From: Macrostomum lignano
Lineage: Eukaryota
Length of the DNA stretch: 64,000 bases
Assembly: GCA_002269645.1 (NCBI GenBank)
Contig: NIVC01000006.1
Coordinates: forward strand, 930,001-994,000
Reading direction: 5' to 3'
The notes beneath the pieces are model-generated. The model made no database searches. It saw only the letters and a program-made list of their open reading frames with translations, and had not been told where the DNA came from. Of the stretch, positions 24,883 through 64,000 are shown one piece after another; the first letter of the stretch is position 1; every line of letters begins with the position of its first letter. The position numbers and the translations under genes are program-made.

Positions 24883-27800
24883 ATGAATTTTAAGTGCAAT
24901 TTGCTGTTGCTCGTGATTTGTGTCGTTTCTTTATGGGCGGACCATTGCTCATGCGAATTATTCACTGCTGTAATTGACATTCAAAAATCACTGCAGCAGG
25001 AGCAAGATCTTGCTGGGGCTCTTGAAGATTATGTATCGCAAGAAATGGTGCGACTTTCTTCCGTGAAGCGATTTGCTGAGACACTGAAATCCAGAGTTAA
25101 AACGGATGACACTAACTCAACCGACTTAACTCATCCAGTGTATGCCTATCTAATGCTTAAACGCCTTGGCGTAGACTGGCAAGAACATGTGAAAGGGAAG
25201 AAAGAGGAATTGAAAAACTCGTTTGAATCTAGAATTCAAAACCTCTCCCTACCAGGCATAGAAGACGTTGATGGTGCTATGGATGCTATTGTTAGATTGC
25301 AAGATACATATGCTCTTCCTGCAAGGATTCTTTCTACTGGCAAAGTTTCTCATGAGTTCAATTTTTCTAAAAGCATTATGACTGGTAAGTTTTCTGTCAC
25401 TTTTCAATTTAGCAACTAAATGCTTTGAATTCATTTAATAATTTTATCAAATAATAAAACATATCCATAGGCCAGGCCTAGGGCAAAGTAGCCTGGCTAC
25501 AATTGCATTATTAATACTAATAGTATAGGCCTAAATATTATCATATTTTAGGTTGGTTTATGTTTGAACTTTGGAGAAACTTTGATGACTTGTTTAAATG
25601 TGCAATAATAATAACAATAGCAACAAACAACTAAGTACTTCATTTGCCAGCTATGCAGTGGCCAAAAAGGGAAAAGAAGTTAGAGTGCGTCTTTAGACCA
25701 TAGGCCTAGCCCTCAGAAAGTCACGGCCCCAGCTTGGTCTAGGGCACCAGTATCAGTCAAAAGCCTATTAGGATATCTCATTGTTGGATCCTAGACACTT
25801 CGTCATCTTATAACTTCGTCATCTTACAACTTCGTCAACCACTTTGAAGGTAGGACACTTCGTCATCCAGCCAATCGGCATGCTTTAAAGTTTGGTCAGT
25901 TTGTCATCTACTAATAACAAGCATTGTAGTCTGTAGACTCAATTAAACAGTTGCTTCTGCGTACATGTACAAGTATATGTAAAAATGAGGCTGAAGTGAG
26001 ACTGTCCCCTCCTCCTTTCTTATTCTGGACTTGGGACCAGACAATGGCGGAGTTACGACCACAAAGATTGTCGTCTCGTATGTATCTAGTATAGTACGAG
26101 TATATACATGTAGTATAACTCGTAAATAAGTAATATGTAAATATGTAAATACACTTGGCACAAAGATTGAAGGCACAAAGACAAAGTCACAAAGAAGAAA
26201 TTGGGCGCTAAAAGGAGGCAGAGGGGAGAGGGAGTGAGAAAATGTCAAAATTTAATCATAAATTTTGTTTATGATTTATGTTTTATGTTTGTTTAAACAT
26301 AAGCAAAATTTAATTCTGCTTATTCGGCTTGCCCACCGAAACGGGGAATGTGACCTAGGCGACTGCACCTGACCAAAAAGCTGTGCACAGAGAGCTCGCC
26401 GGCTCGATATTTCACCCAGTTAAGCTCTGCTAACTCCTGAAGCTGCTGATACCGCATTTTCTGATGGCACTCGTTAGCAGCTTGCTCGCACACCAAGGCA
26501 GCATATACTGGCACCAGCTGAGCCTCCTGGTGCAACAGTTCCATCAGAGGGTAGAGTGTCAGCTGATTTTGCTCCGCCCTCTGCTGCAGGCGACGGTGCC
26601 AGCCTTCGACTTCGTTGTTAGTTCGGATAGCTTGGCCAAATACGCTGATTTCCCTTACGCCATGCATTGGATTCTCCAGCCAAGTGCTGCTGACGTATTC
26701 AGCCAGGTCAAGCAGTTCCGGCAACTGCACCCTGGCAACAGTCTGGGCCAGGCCTTCTGCCATGTGTTCAGCTGGCAGATACGGCAGTGCCATTAGCATT
26801 CGGCAGAACTCCCTAGTGCCAGGATCAGCCAAGTAGGCTCGCTGGAGGCCCTGCTGCTGCACCCAACGGAAGATTGCTTGGCCGTAGTGAAAGAGGCAGC
26901 CCTGCAATTTTGCATGGGGAAAAAAAGTGTGCAGAGACTACCATACAGCGGCTTCAAAATCCAGAACACAGGCCTCTGGCATGGCTTGACCAACAACCAG
27001 GGTTCTCAGCACATTAAAAACGGCATTGTAGTTGTGAATAGACTTGCCTGACATTATAGCGAAGACAAGCGGGACATTTTTCAGGTTCGTTCCTTGGATA
27101 GAATACAGCTGCTTGAATGGAGGCCGCACTATCCATGTGCCATCCATAAACCAGATTCTGTGGGAAGAAAGTAGTGCAGCCTGTTCATTTGTGTACATGA
27201 CAAAGTGTCTCTTACCAGTCCTGTCCACTCGAACGTCATGAATGACCATTCCCTCCGGCACATGATCAAGAGCCAGATCGAACTGGAGGTTGTCCGGCGG
27301 CTTTGGGCGCCCAGCCTCCCATGTTCGGTTGGTCGTGCAGACCAGGTTGGCGATGCTGGGAACATCCGGAGCAAGGCAGAGTTCCGGATTCTCCTGAAGC
27401 CTTGTGAGGATGGAACAATTAAGGGCGAGTTGTTTTATACTTCACTTTACTGCTTATACTTCACTAAGTTTTATTACTGTTACTAATAGAGATAATGTTC
27501 ATACTTGGCCTCAACGAGCGCGGCAGCCGGTCGAAAGCAAGCTCGCTTTGCCTCTGTCTTCAGCTCCACCAGCATCTTCCGCTTCACGCCCTCGTGAATG
27601 TGTGGCTTGCAGGTGTGTGGCGATTGCCCACTGCAAAATTGGCCCTAGTGTTCAATGGCTGTGGCGCGGCATTTGAACCTGGAATTGCGGCTAGTGCAAT
27701 GGTAATTCCGCTTGCCATTTTTTTCATAGTTAAATCCCATCACGAAATCCCCCCTGTCTGTACGATGCACCACTGCATCTTTCCCTTTATTCGTTCCACT

Positions 27801-30800
27801 GGCAATACAGAAGTAAGTCTCCTCCTGGAGACCGACAGGAAACTGCTGAGGTACTGGTCTCGGCCGCTCGAGTTCGCTCTCTTGAAGCCTTTGTGGCTCC
27901 TGGAAGTGACCCACATCAGCAGCATACAGTTCAGCCAGGATCGGATCTACATCTGGCTCCACCGGTTGCTGCACTGCTGGTAGCTAGGCTGCAGCAGGCT
28001 CGGCGGGCTGGGCTGCAGCAGGTTCAGCGGGCTGGGCTGCAGCAGGCTCGGCGGGCTGGGCTGCAGCAGGCTTGGCGGGCTGGGCTGCAGCAGGCTCGGC
28101 GGGCTGGGCTGCAGCAGGCTCAGCGGGCTGGGCTGCAGCAGGCTCGGCGGGCTGGGCTGTAGCAGCAGGCTTGGCGGGCTGGGCTGCAGCAGGCTTGGCA
28201 CCTCTGTGGCAGGCGTTGCAACGCCAGTCAAATTCATCCAAGCGCATGAGCCGTCAATACTCTGCCAAGAACACATTCGTTCCACATGTCCTGTATTGCC
28301 ACTGGTGGCATTGATCGCACTGAAGGGCTTGCTGGCGAGGTCGCACGAGGGCATTGCATTCAATGCAATTATCTGCCTGCATTTTCAGATTTGATTGTTT
28401 GTGCTCATGTGGTTTCATTCTGGTTGCTCTTATATACTAAATAACTAGTATAGGGTGCACTAAATAACTAAATAGGGTGCACGTTGGAGTGATGTATGGT
28501 TGAGGTGGGATGGTAGGGCGGAGGTGTGAAAACTTGAAGGGTGCATGGGCTAAGATGGATTGAGGGAACAGGTGCCAACATGAGATCTCATGAGCCTATT
28601 GCATGGGTGCACATTGGATATGGAGGTGCTTTTGTGCTTGCTTAAGTGAGGTTGGGGTGGTGGGGCAGAGGTGTGAACACGCTTCACACTCTAAATTTTC
28701 AAAAAGAGGTGTCAAAACTGATTTCATTATAAGAGTTGAAAGATAGGTGCCAACACGATGTCTCAATTTACAAAATCATGTGCACGTTGGGGGTGATGTG
28801 GGTGGGAAGGAGTGGTTCTGTTCTAACTTTGAAAACTTTTGTTTTATAGATGACGAAGTGTCCACAAGTCTAAGTCACTTCGTCATCCACCCTCTGAGAT
28901 ATTGGACAGATTGTCATCTGGATGACGAAGTTGTAAGATGACAAAGTGTCCAGGTACCCTCATTGTTTACCATTGGATTTGCCTATATAGTCCCTGCAGT
29001 TTGAGCAGCATTATCTCATGTAGCAGGCAGCAGCTTAGGATAATGGGCCTCCAACCAAATGACATGGCCAACCAATCAAAGTCATTGCTTGCGCAATAGG
29101 TCAAAAGGCCATATCAAGTATGCCCTTATGTAGAGTATAGCATTAGTCTCATTGCTTGGACTGTTGTATACTAGATATGCAAATTATATTACACAATATC
29201 CTATAGTCCTTTATGCAGCACTTTGCATCGATGTCTAGTGGCAATAGCCTTCATATATTTCTGAATTAGTGAATCACCAATGCAATGGCATACAAAACTT
29301 TTAGGTCAGTGTGGCAAGGGTTTATTTCATATATCAAGTGTGAAGAACAGTGGATTTTTTGCTAGTCAGAAAAGTAGGCCATCTATGTATATTGTTTGAT
29401 TTAAATATAGCTATAGTAATACTAGCACCAATATTAATTTATTAAAGCTCCTTCAGATCCAAAAAATTTTTAACATCTAATATTATAATATGCATTTAAT
29501 ATTACATGCACTTTTTTTTACTTTTTATGCAAAACACATTTTTTTTGTTTTTGGGATGAATTCTATCTTGGCAGTATGGTAGCATTAAGTGATGCAAGAG
29601 AGGAGGTTAGCTATTGCTAAATATTACCTTAGAATCTATATTATTAGTTATCATTAAAAGCTATTTAAAGTTTATAAAAATGAATCAATAGTTCATAGAT
29701 AGTACTCAAAGTTTTATGATAAAGTATTTCCCCTGGTATCATACATGCCCAACACCCATGTAACCTGTCTGAACTAGACAGGTGAATGGTCACTGGCCAA
29801 TGTAAGTTGCAAAATTGAAAATGCAAAAAATAAAGAAATTGGAGGAATAAAGAAAAGAGAGGAAAAGAAAGGAAGAAGAAAAGAGAGAAAAGAAAGAGGA
29901 GAGGGAAAGAGAAAAAAGGCAAGGCAAGAAAAGTCATATAAAAAGTGAAAATTAAGTCGCAATCAGGGGAACTAAGTTGCAATTGGGAGGAACTAAGTTG
30001 CAAATCTGGACAAAACTAAATTGCACCAAACAGGTGAAATTTTGAGATTGGGCATGTATGCCTAGTGTCTCAGCTCCTAGGACTGGCCAACTATAGTCAA
30101 TAAGGACAATAGAATTAAACGATCATACACATACTGACAGACCATTTTTAGTATATGGGAATGAGACCTATTGTGTTGTTTCATAGTTGGAAGTTGGAAT
30201 AACAATGCATGAAATTTTGACTGAGGATTTCCCCTTCAAAATGTTTTTGCTATCTGGGTTCCATTTGCTCTTTCCAAGGAGAACAATACTACTAATATCA
30301 ATTGCAACAAGTATATGGTAAAAGATAAGACATGGGTATACCTAAAAAATATTGACATAAAGCAAAACAATAAGTGCTGGCTTGGCCAAGGAGCTAATTG
30401 ATTTTATATTGTCAAGTGCTCTATTAATAATGCAAAAAACAATGCTATTGGTTGCTTTCATTCCAAACAAGTGCTGCATTGAATCCATTGAATTTATATA
30501 AAGCAAACTATTGATACAAATGACTAATGGCATCTTTGAATTTATTTAGCACATAGAAGATGTTTGGCATATTCTCAGGTCAAAGCTAATTCACCTATTT
30601 ATTATTCTTTGACAATGGGATAATGTGCAACCTCGAATGGTCTACTGTATGTAGCAATGCATGGAGTCTCATGGAGTTTAGCTAGTGTTTCAGAGTCCTT
30701 ATTTTTTTTATTGCTAATATCCTTGATGCTTACTATTATTAAACTATGTGAGTTTATCATCAGTACAAGGTGCCCTTGGTGGCTTCAGTGCCCAAGTGGC

Positions 30801-33800
30801 AAGACATTGTTGACTATTATTAATCCTAACAATTCCAAAGTGGTGTTACCAATGATTGAGGGTTTTCCAGCTTCCTTCATGGATTTACTATCTATCAGGA
30901 CTCACTGGTGCATTACACTTCAGACTAGCAACATGCTTTAATTCCTAGGGACTTATCTATCTCTATACCTAGCATTGGGCAATGCAACTTGAACACTCTT
31001 GGTCTGCAACCATTATTCTAGTAGCAAACACTGCCATGCTTAATTGGCAAAAACTATTTCTCAAAATAACTTAAGTGAGCACTATAATTGTTTGTAAGAG
31101 CAAAACAGGTTGAAAAAAGTTAAGGTTAGGCCTAAAACTTTCTTCTTTAGCTCCTCTATATCTATATCATTTTGGGATGTTTTCCAATTGATTCTTTTAC
31201 AGTTTAACAAAATAGTGCTTAATAAAACAATTGTTTTTTTGCAATCAAACAAATTTTTAAGAGCTTTTGGCAGCAAATCAAATTAGCTTAAGTAAAGTTA
31301 TATATAACGTTTTTAAGTGAAAAAAATCGGATGTTTCTTTTTATTTCAGTTTTTGCTAAAGTTTTACATCAATAAAATATATTTCTACTGCATTTTAGCG
31401 GATGAGTGCTTTGCCATTGCACTCTTTGCGTACACCAAAGGAGATCTATACCATGCCAAAGACTGGTTCTCTGTGGCCCTTGGCCAAATGGGTGATCGAA
31501 CTATTAGCAGCCAGGGCCTCAAGCGCATCAGGATTCTGGACTACTTGGCGTATGTTCTCTACAAGGTATAAACACGCTTATTTATACTACTAAGCTGACG
31601 AAGCATGTTTGTATTATAAACTATAGATAGTTACTCCTGTCTTTTACCTTTTTTTAAAATTTACTGTCTACAGCAAGGCCACCTACAGGAGGCGCTGGCG
31701 CTGACCAACGAGCTGCTAGTGCTAGAGCCCGGTCACGAACGGGCGCTCAACAATCGGGCGCATTTCGAACGGCAATTGGCCAACGAGCTGGCCGCTGGTG
31801 GGCCACGCCGCAAAGGCGACACAGGGTCAGCCGAGGACGAGGAGGCCATCCGGCACAATGCGCCGCACCGGGAGGGCTGGTACGCCAGCGCCGAGTTCCA
31901 GCGCTACAAACGGCTGTGTCGAGGCCAACTGCTGCCTGGTGACTTCGAATCGGTGGCCTCCAATAAGCCGCTGGTGTGTCGGTACCATCGACCGCATGCG
32001 TATTTCTATTTGGCTCCGGTTAAGGAAGAGGTCAGGGTTTTTGTTTGTTTATAGTCTTATTGATAACTATTCTCGAAAAAATTGCTAAGCTTTGACAGCA
32101 ACAATGGAATCCAGGATCAATGGGTTTTAAAATCTGGGATTGGTTCATTGGTTGGGATTTTGTCGTCTGGGATCAATTGGGATCTTGGAATCTGAGATCA
32201 GTTTGGATTTTTTAATCTGAGATCAGTTGGGATTTTTTAATCTGAGATCAGTTGGGATTTTTTAATCTGGGATCAGTTGGGATTTGGAATCTGGGATCAA
32301 TTTAGATTTTGGAATCTGGGATCAATTAGGATTTTGGAATCTGAGATCAATTGGGATTTTTTGAATTTGGGATCAGTTGGGATTTGGAATCTGGGATCAG
32401 TTGGGATTTCGAAATCTGCGATCATTTAGGGTTTCGGAATCTGGGATCAATTAGGATTTTGGAATCTGGGATCAGTTGGAATTAGGAATCTGGGATCAGT
32501 TGGGATTTAGAATCTGGGATCAGTTGGGATTTCGGAATCTGTGATCATTTAGGGTTTCGGAATCTGGGATCAATTAGGATTTTGGAATCTGGGATCAGTT
32601 GGAATTAGGAATCTGGGATCAGTTGGAATTTGGAATCTGGGGTCAGTTGGAATTTGGAATCTGGGATCAGTTGGAATTTGGAATCTGGGATCAGTTGGAA
32701 TTAGGAATCTGGGATCAGTTGGAATTTGGAATCTGGGGTCAGTTGGGATTTGGAATCTGGGATAAATTGGGATTCGGAATCTGGGTCAAGTTAGTATTTG
32801 TTATTGTTAAAATTTTGATATTTGAGATTATTTATTGGAATTGTTAAGTTGGGATGATTCACTCATGATCGGGAATCTGGGATCCTTTTCCAACTATTTG
32901 AACCGAGTTTTCTTAGAAAAGCAACCAAATAAAATGGATCTCCAGATTGCGCACTGGCAGCCCCTCATAGTGCTATGGCATGGCATCATCGGGCCAGCGG
33001 AGACGGCCACTATTCGTCAGCTGGCGGAGCCCCGGCTGCGCCGAGCCACCGTGCAGGACCCCGCAACTGGCCGCCTGGTGACCGCCCGTTATCGGATTAG
33101 CAAAAGCGCCTGGCTGCAATCCGTTCTGCACCCGGCTATTGAAAATCTGGATCGGCGCATCGAGCTGCTGACTGGACTGAGTGTGGCGTCTGCCGAGGAA
33201 TTGCAGGTTGGAGTTGTCTGTCTGTGACGGTTCTTTGTAAAGAATATACTGTTTGGTACGTAGAATGATCTGTAGAAAGCGGCCCCTTGATTTCGTCGCT
33301 AAAAGGGCCACTTTAAGAACCTCTATCTAAAAGGACCAGTTTTAGAACCTCTATCTATAAGGACCAGTTTTAGGACCTCTATCTAAAAGGACCAGTTTTA
33401 GGACCTTTATCTAAAAGGACCAGTTTTAGGACCTCTATCTAAAAGGACCAGTTTTAGAACCTTTATCTAAAAGGACCAGTTTTAGGACCTCTATCTAAAA
33501 GGACCAGTTTTAGAACCTTTATCTAAAAGGACCAGTTTTAGGACCTCTATCTAAAAGGACCAGTTTTAGAACCTTTATCTAAAAGGACCAGTTTTAGGAC
33601 CTCTATCTAAAAGGACCAGTTTTAGAACCTTTATCTAAAAGGACCAGTTTTAGAACCTTTATCCAAAAGGACCAGTTTTAGGACCTCTATCTAAAAGGAC
33701 CAGTTTTAGAACCTCTATCTAAAAGGACCAGTTTTAGGACCTCTAGCCAAAAGGACCACTTCTAGGACCTCCAGCTAAAATGATCATCCTAAGGACCTCC

Positions 33801-34490
33801 AGCTAAAATGATCATCCTAAGGACCTCCAGCTAAAATGATCATCCTAAGGACCTCCAGCTAAAATGATCATCCTAAGGACCTCTAACAAGAGGACCACTT
33901 TTAGGTCCTCTAATGATAAATAAAAGTACCACTTTTAGATCATCAGCTAAAATGTCTAATTTTAGGTCCTCTAGTTGAAAAGACCACTTCTGGGTCCTCT
34001 AACTTAAAAACCACTTGGGTCCTTCAGCTAAAAAAGGACCACTTTAAAGTCCTCTACTAGATTAAAGGGACCACCATTAGTTTGCACAAAACAATTAAAC
34101 AAAAGAATTTACTCCGAGTCCAACCTATTTTTACAGGTGGTTAACTACGGCCTGGGCGGGCACTACGAGCCGCATTACGATTTCGCGCACAGACGCGAGG
34201 TGAACTCGTTCGAACGGGCCCAGGGCAACCGCATAGCAACTCTGCTCTATTACCTGTCGGATGTGCCAGCTGGTGGAGCCACCGTGTTCACCGATTTGGG
34301 TGTCCGCCTGCTGCCTACGAGAGGCTCTGCAGCGTTCTGGTTTAACCTGAAACGCAGCGGCGAAGGTGAGATGCTCACCAGACACGCGGCCTGCCCCGTG
34401 CTGCATGGCTCCAAGTGGGTCATGAACAAGTGGTTCCACGAGCGGGATCAGGAGTTTCGCCGGCCTTGCAGTCTGGACTCCAATGAATAG
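24883..34490 (+). CDS. P4HA: Prolyl 4-hydroxylase alpha subunit, 5 exons: 24883-25384, 31399-31565, 31674-32030, 32946-33206, 34137-34490 (546 aa)
   Basis: Signal peptide followed by ELFTA; HPVYAYLMLKRL; AIVRLQDTY; TPR-like ILDYLAY; RRATVQDPATG; RISKSAWL; EELQVVNYGLGGHYEPHYD; GNRIAT; TRHAACPVLHGSKWVMNKW. Junctions in phase; 1641 nt. Confidence 0.96.
25786..28958 (-). mobile_element. Full-length Mutator (MULE) DNA transposon, 3173 bp, in P4HA intron 1; decayed PHD-FLYWCH-DDE transposase
   Basis: Perfect 9-bp TSD CTCATTGTT (25777-25785 and 28959-28967); TIRs GG(A/T)(T/A)CCT(A/G)GACACTT(C/T)GTCATCTTA with ACTTCGTCATC subrepeats; FMDGT, LDFE, GCLFHYGQAI, RTNNEVEGWH motifs; stops and frameshifts present. 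Confidence 0.95.
27984..28200 (-). repeat. 21-nt coding repeat (AAAQPAEP-like) within the MULE ORF
   Basis: About 10 units between the PHD and FLYWCH regions. Confidence 0.85.
32100..32885. repeat. ~24-nt minisatellite GGAATCTGGGATCAGTTGGGATTT filling P4HA intron 3
   Basis: Degenerate tandem units. Confidence 0.92.
33310..33900. repeat. 28-nt minisatellite AAAAGGACCAGTTTTAGGACCTCTATCT grading into a shorter variant, P4HA intron 4
   Basis: Direct tandem units. Confidence 0.92.
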
Positions 34491-34624
34491 ATTTGATTGG
34501 TTAAAGACTTCTGATATTTAAATTGCATCCTCTAGATATTCTGCTGCTGCTTTTCATGCCAACAAGTTATATGCATATGATGCAGGCTCGGCAGCAGCTA
34601 CCCCTCCTCCCCCAACTGGCGCTG

Positions 34625-34810
34625 TCACGCGGAACATGCCGTCACTCGCCCTGGCATCCTGATCGCCAGCCGGTTGATAAACTCTTGTGGCAGCTGCTGC
34701 CAGGCATTCAGAGCCGCCTGTCGCAACTGTTCAGCATTCTGCGGGGCTCCTTGCTGAACTCTTCGCTTTACCCAAGTCCCAGGCGTGCTCGATGGGGGGT
34801 TCGTGTCTGA
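34625..34810 (-). mobile_element. Tc1-family transposase C-terminal fragment
   Basis: Minus-strand translation with small frameshifts gives SDTNPIEHAWDLVKRRV...EQLRQAALNAWQQLPQEFINRLAIRMPGRVTAC, matching the Tc1 SPDLNPIE..W..LK...W..I...MP.R pattern. Confidence 0.8.
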
Positions 34811-37008
34811 AGCCTGAGTTGCCTGTTTGAATGTGCGAACTGTTGCGCAACCCGTGTGGATTTTTAAGAGATGTTTTAAAGAGGGCGGAGTGCTCTTGGC
34901 ATGTCTTATGTCGGGCCTTATTTGCTATTAACTAACTTAACGGCTAAACTAAAATGGAAGTCGAGTTTGAAACTTCCCTTTAAAACAAAGCTTTAATGTA
35001 CTTGTATGCATATTATTATTGTATTGATCGCATGCTAGACTAATTTGATTGAAATTTTCGAAGTAGTATTATTCTAAATGCTTGTTGCCTTTGCTTGTAC
35101 CTTATCTGTATTTACGCTCGTGTCTGCGCTCGTAAAGTTGACAAATTGGCCAGTGCTAAGTTCAATGCGTTTTTGACTAACTATTATGTTAAAGCTGCTT
35201 CACTATATTATAAATGCAAATAAAAATTTTTGTCTTGTTATCTAATATGACATTAGATATTGCTCGTGGACCAATTTATTTATACTATTTTTAATGTCAA
35301 TCGTATTTGAAAACATTTTGTATTTGTTAATTTTTTGCATGAACCGCATACTTTTTTGAATTTTGCATGTTTGTTTGGATTGAAGCTGTTTTTTGCCTTT
35401 AAGCTTCTTTAACCTCTTAGCCTTCCAGCTTTGCCCACACTCTTGCAGTAGCTTTTGTTATTTATTAAATAAGTCATTTATTTTTAAACCTGCTTTGATA
35501 AATATTTACAAACATGAATATCAATCGCTGTTTTTTTGCTAATAAAAATATACTTTCGAACTTGTTAAAGTACAAGCATAGTTTTGGTAGTTCTGTTGCC
35601 CTTCTGTGAAGTTTATAACTAATGCCGATATTGCGTTGTGTTCCTGTATTTATTCGTTATTTTCCTGCATTAAAAAGGTCATTAATGATCGAATCAATTG
35701 AAAATTCAATTCCTCTGATACAAGTCTTAGCTACATACGAGCGTACATTTCTTTAATAACTACAAACTTTAGGTTGTAAGAATTGTTTGCAACCAAGTCA
35801 ATGTGCAGTAAAAGGAATGCTGCGAATAATTGATTATCGCCAGACAGATTTTTACTGGGTCGCTTTCACAAGCTTGAAATATTACATTAATTGTGAGTTG
35901 TGAGCTAGCGTAAGTGACTACCATGTAGCAAAAAACGCTCTGGTACGAGCATGATTCAAACACATGTTCGTAGCTTTGTAAAATATGGATAAAGCATCAA
36001 ACTGATTTAATAAAATGCGTTAAAATCAATCTTTCTACATTTTCGTGAGCGGGTTTTATTAGCAGAAAGTTGTAATTTGTTATAATGTCTAGATATCGCG
36101 CATCTGAGATTCGAAATTTTTAAAAAGCTAGAAATACGCTAGTAGAATTCAGCTTGCGCAGCGTGTCATGCATTAAGACGCACATGTATTGTAGATTTTA
36201 TAAATACTCGCTTCTATTCTGTATTATCACGTTTTAATTCTACATGTAGAAGCTTGTAAAATACTTTTTTAATAATTATGCTTTATGTTTAATCAATATT
36301 TGCGTACATTCCATCTAAGAGAATACCTAAATAATTAGTAACTTATTTTGGTGTTGACTTACGATAGAGTGCTACTTTATAATAGCAAAAATTTACAGCT
36401 CTAATTAAAAGCATCATGTGTACATATTTTCAAGATTTAGGTGCATGTAATTATATAATATTTAGAACTGTTCTAAGGCTACATATATGTTACAAATTTA
36501 CAATATGTATTAATGAAAATATTATAGGTCTAATTTAATTAGAATATTTAAAGATATATGTACCGAAAAAAAAATATATATATTATATATATATATATAA
36601 ATATATATAAAATATATATAAAATATATCAAAATGGAATTTATTTTCTAGCATTAATTAAAATGATATTTTTACTTTCATTTTAAATGGACAGTTATTAA
36701 AATGCTGTTATATATGTATATGCATTTACAAATACTTTGAGCTAACTATGTATAAAAATAAGTAGGTATAGATGAATAAAATTTTATTTACATTTATTTG
36801 GAAAATTTTTGTTTGATTCAACAGTTCATTTTTTAATAAAATTATGGTAAAAATATGGAACTAAGTTAAACAATTTTATTTTAAATAATAGAATATTCTA
36901 AAGTATATTTTATTAAAACTTTCCTCCAAAAAGTAAAGCAAGGCCTGAAGTTAAGTCTTTAATATTCTAGCATAGGAATTAGCTTTACAAGTCACTGAGG
37001 ACGACAAA

Positions 37009-63353
<26,345 letters not shown>

Positions 63354-63357
63354 GGAT

Positions 63358-63448
63358 TTGATTGATAGCTTGACCGGTTAATTGATTGATTTATTGATTG
63401 GTTGATTGATTGATTGATTGATTAATTTCATGACTGATTAATTTGTTA

Positions 63449-63480
<32 letters not shown>

Positions 63481-63509
63481 GTTGGTTGATTGATTGATTG
63501 GTTGGTTGG

Positions 63510-63552
<43 letters not shown>

Positions 63553-63636
63553 GTTGGTTTATTGATTGATTAATTGATTGATTGATTGATTGATTGGTTG
63601 GTTGATTGATTGATTGATTGATAGCTTGACCGGTTA

Positions 63637-63723
<87 letters not shown>

Positions 63724-63756
63724 AGTTGATTGATTGATTGATAGCTTGACCGGTAA

Positions 63757-63807
<51 letters not shown>

Positions 63808-63842
63808 AATTGATTAGTTGATTGATTGATTGATTGGTTGGC

Positions 63843-63879
<37 letters not shown>

Positions 63880-64000
63880 TAATGACTGATTAATTTGTTA
63901 ATTGATTGATTGATTGATTGGTTGGTTGGTTGGTTGATTGATTGATTTATTGATTGATAGCTTGACCGGTTAATTGATTGATTTATTTATTGATTGATTG
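63358..64000. repeat. (GATT)n/(GGTT)n microsatellite immediately after the SLC4 stop codon
   Basis: Tetranucleotide run with interspersed GATAGCTTGACCGG units; runs off the end of the window. Confidence 0.95.

Noticed and set aside
28254-28256. In-frame TGA in the MULE PHD region as selenocysteine or readthrough
   Set aside because: A second stop, frameshifts and loss of the PHD His point to ordinary decay.
30540-31020. Possible decayed transposon protein in P4HA intron 1
   Set aside because: Only vague Cys/His hints with many stops; not supportable by eye.

Overview
This is metazoan genomic DNA, not prokaryotic. GC-rich exons are separated by introns filled with micro- and minisatellites. 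The style suggests a free-living flatworm such as Macrostomum, but that is inference only. Six protein-coding genes can be reconstructed by hand from GT-AG junctions: (1) an SLC1/EAAT glutamate transporter (+, 9 exons, 531 aa) whose NMDG motif reads NMNG; (2) an intronless GT13/GnT-I (MGAT1-like) gene nested antisense in the last EAAT intron, split by a frameshift in an A8 run and carrying an extra C-terminal hydrophobic segment; (3) MPDU1 (-); (4) ATPAF2/ATP12 (-, 3 exons); (5) prolyl 4-hydroxylase alpha (+, 5 exons, 546 aa); (6) an SLC4 bicarbonate transporter (+, 13 exons, 1225 aa). Mobile elements: a full-length Mutator element with a 9-bp TSD and PHD-FLYWCH-DDE architecture, an internally deleted mariner, hAT and Tc1 fragments, a hAT MITE, a foldback element, a truncated non-LTR retroelement and four tRNA-derived SINE copies. 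The most striking unexplained structure is in the SLC4 gene. Minisatellite arrays in introns 1/4 and introns 2/3 are reverse complements of each other and nest around the in-frame cassette exons 2-4, and intron 2 holds an inverted 55-bp copy of the start of exon 5. A second locally copied exon fragment (MPDU1) sits inside the retroelement. Repeat coordinates are approximate; exon coordinates were read by eye.
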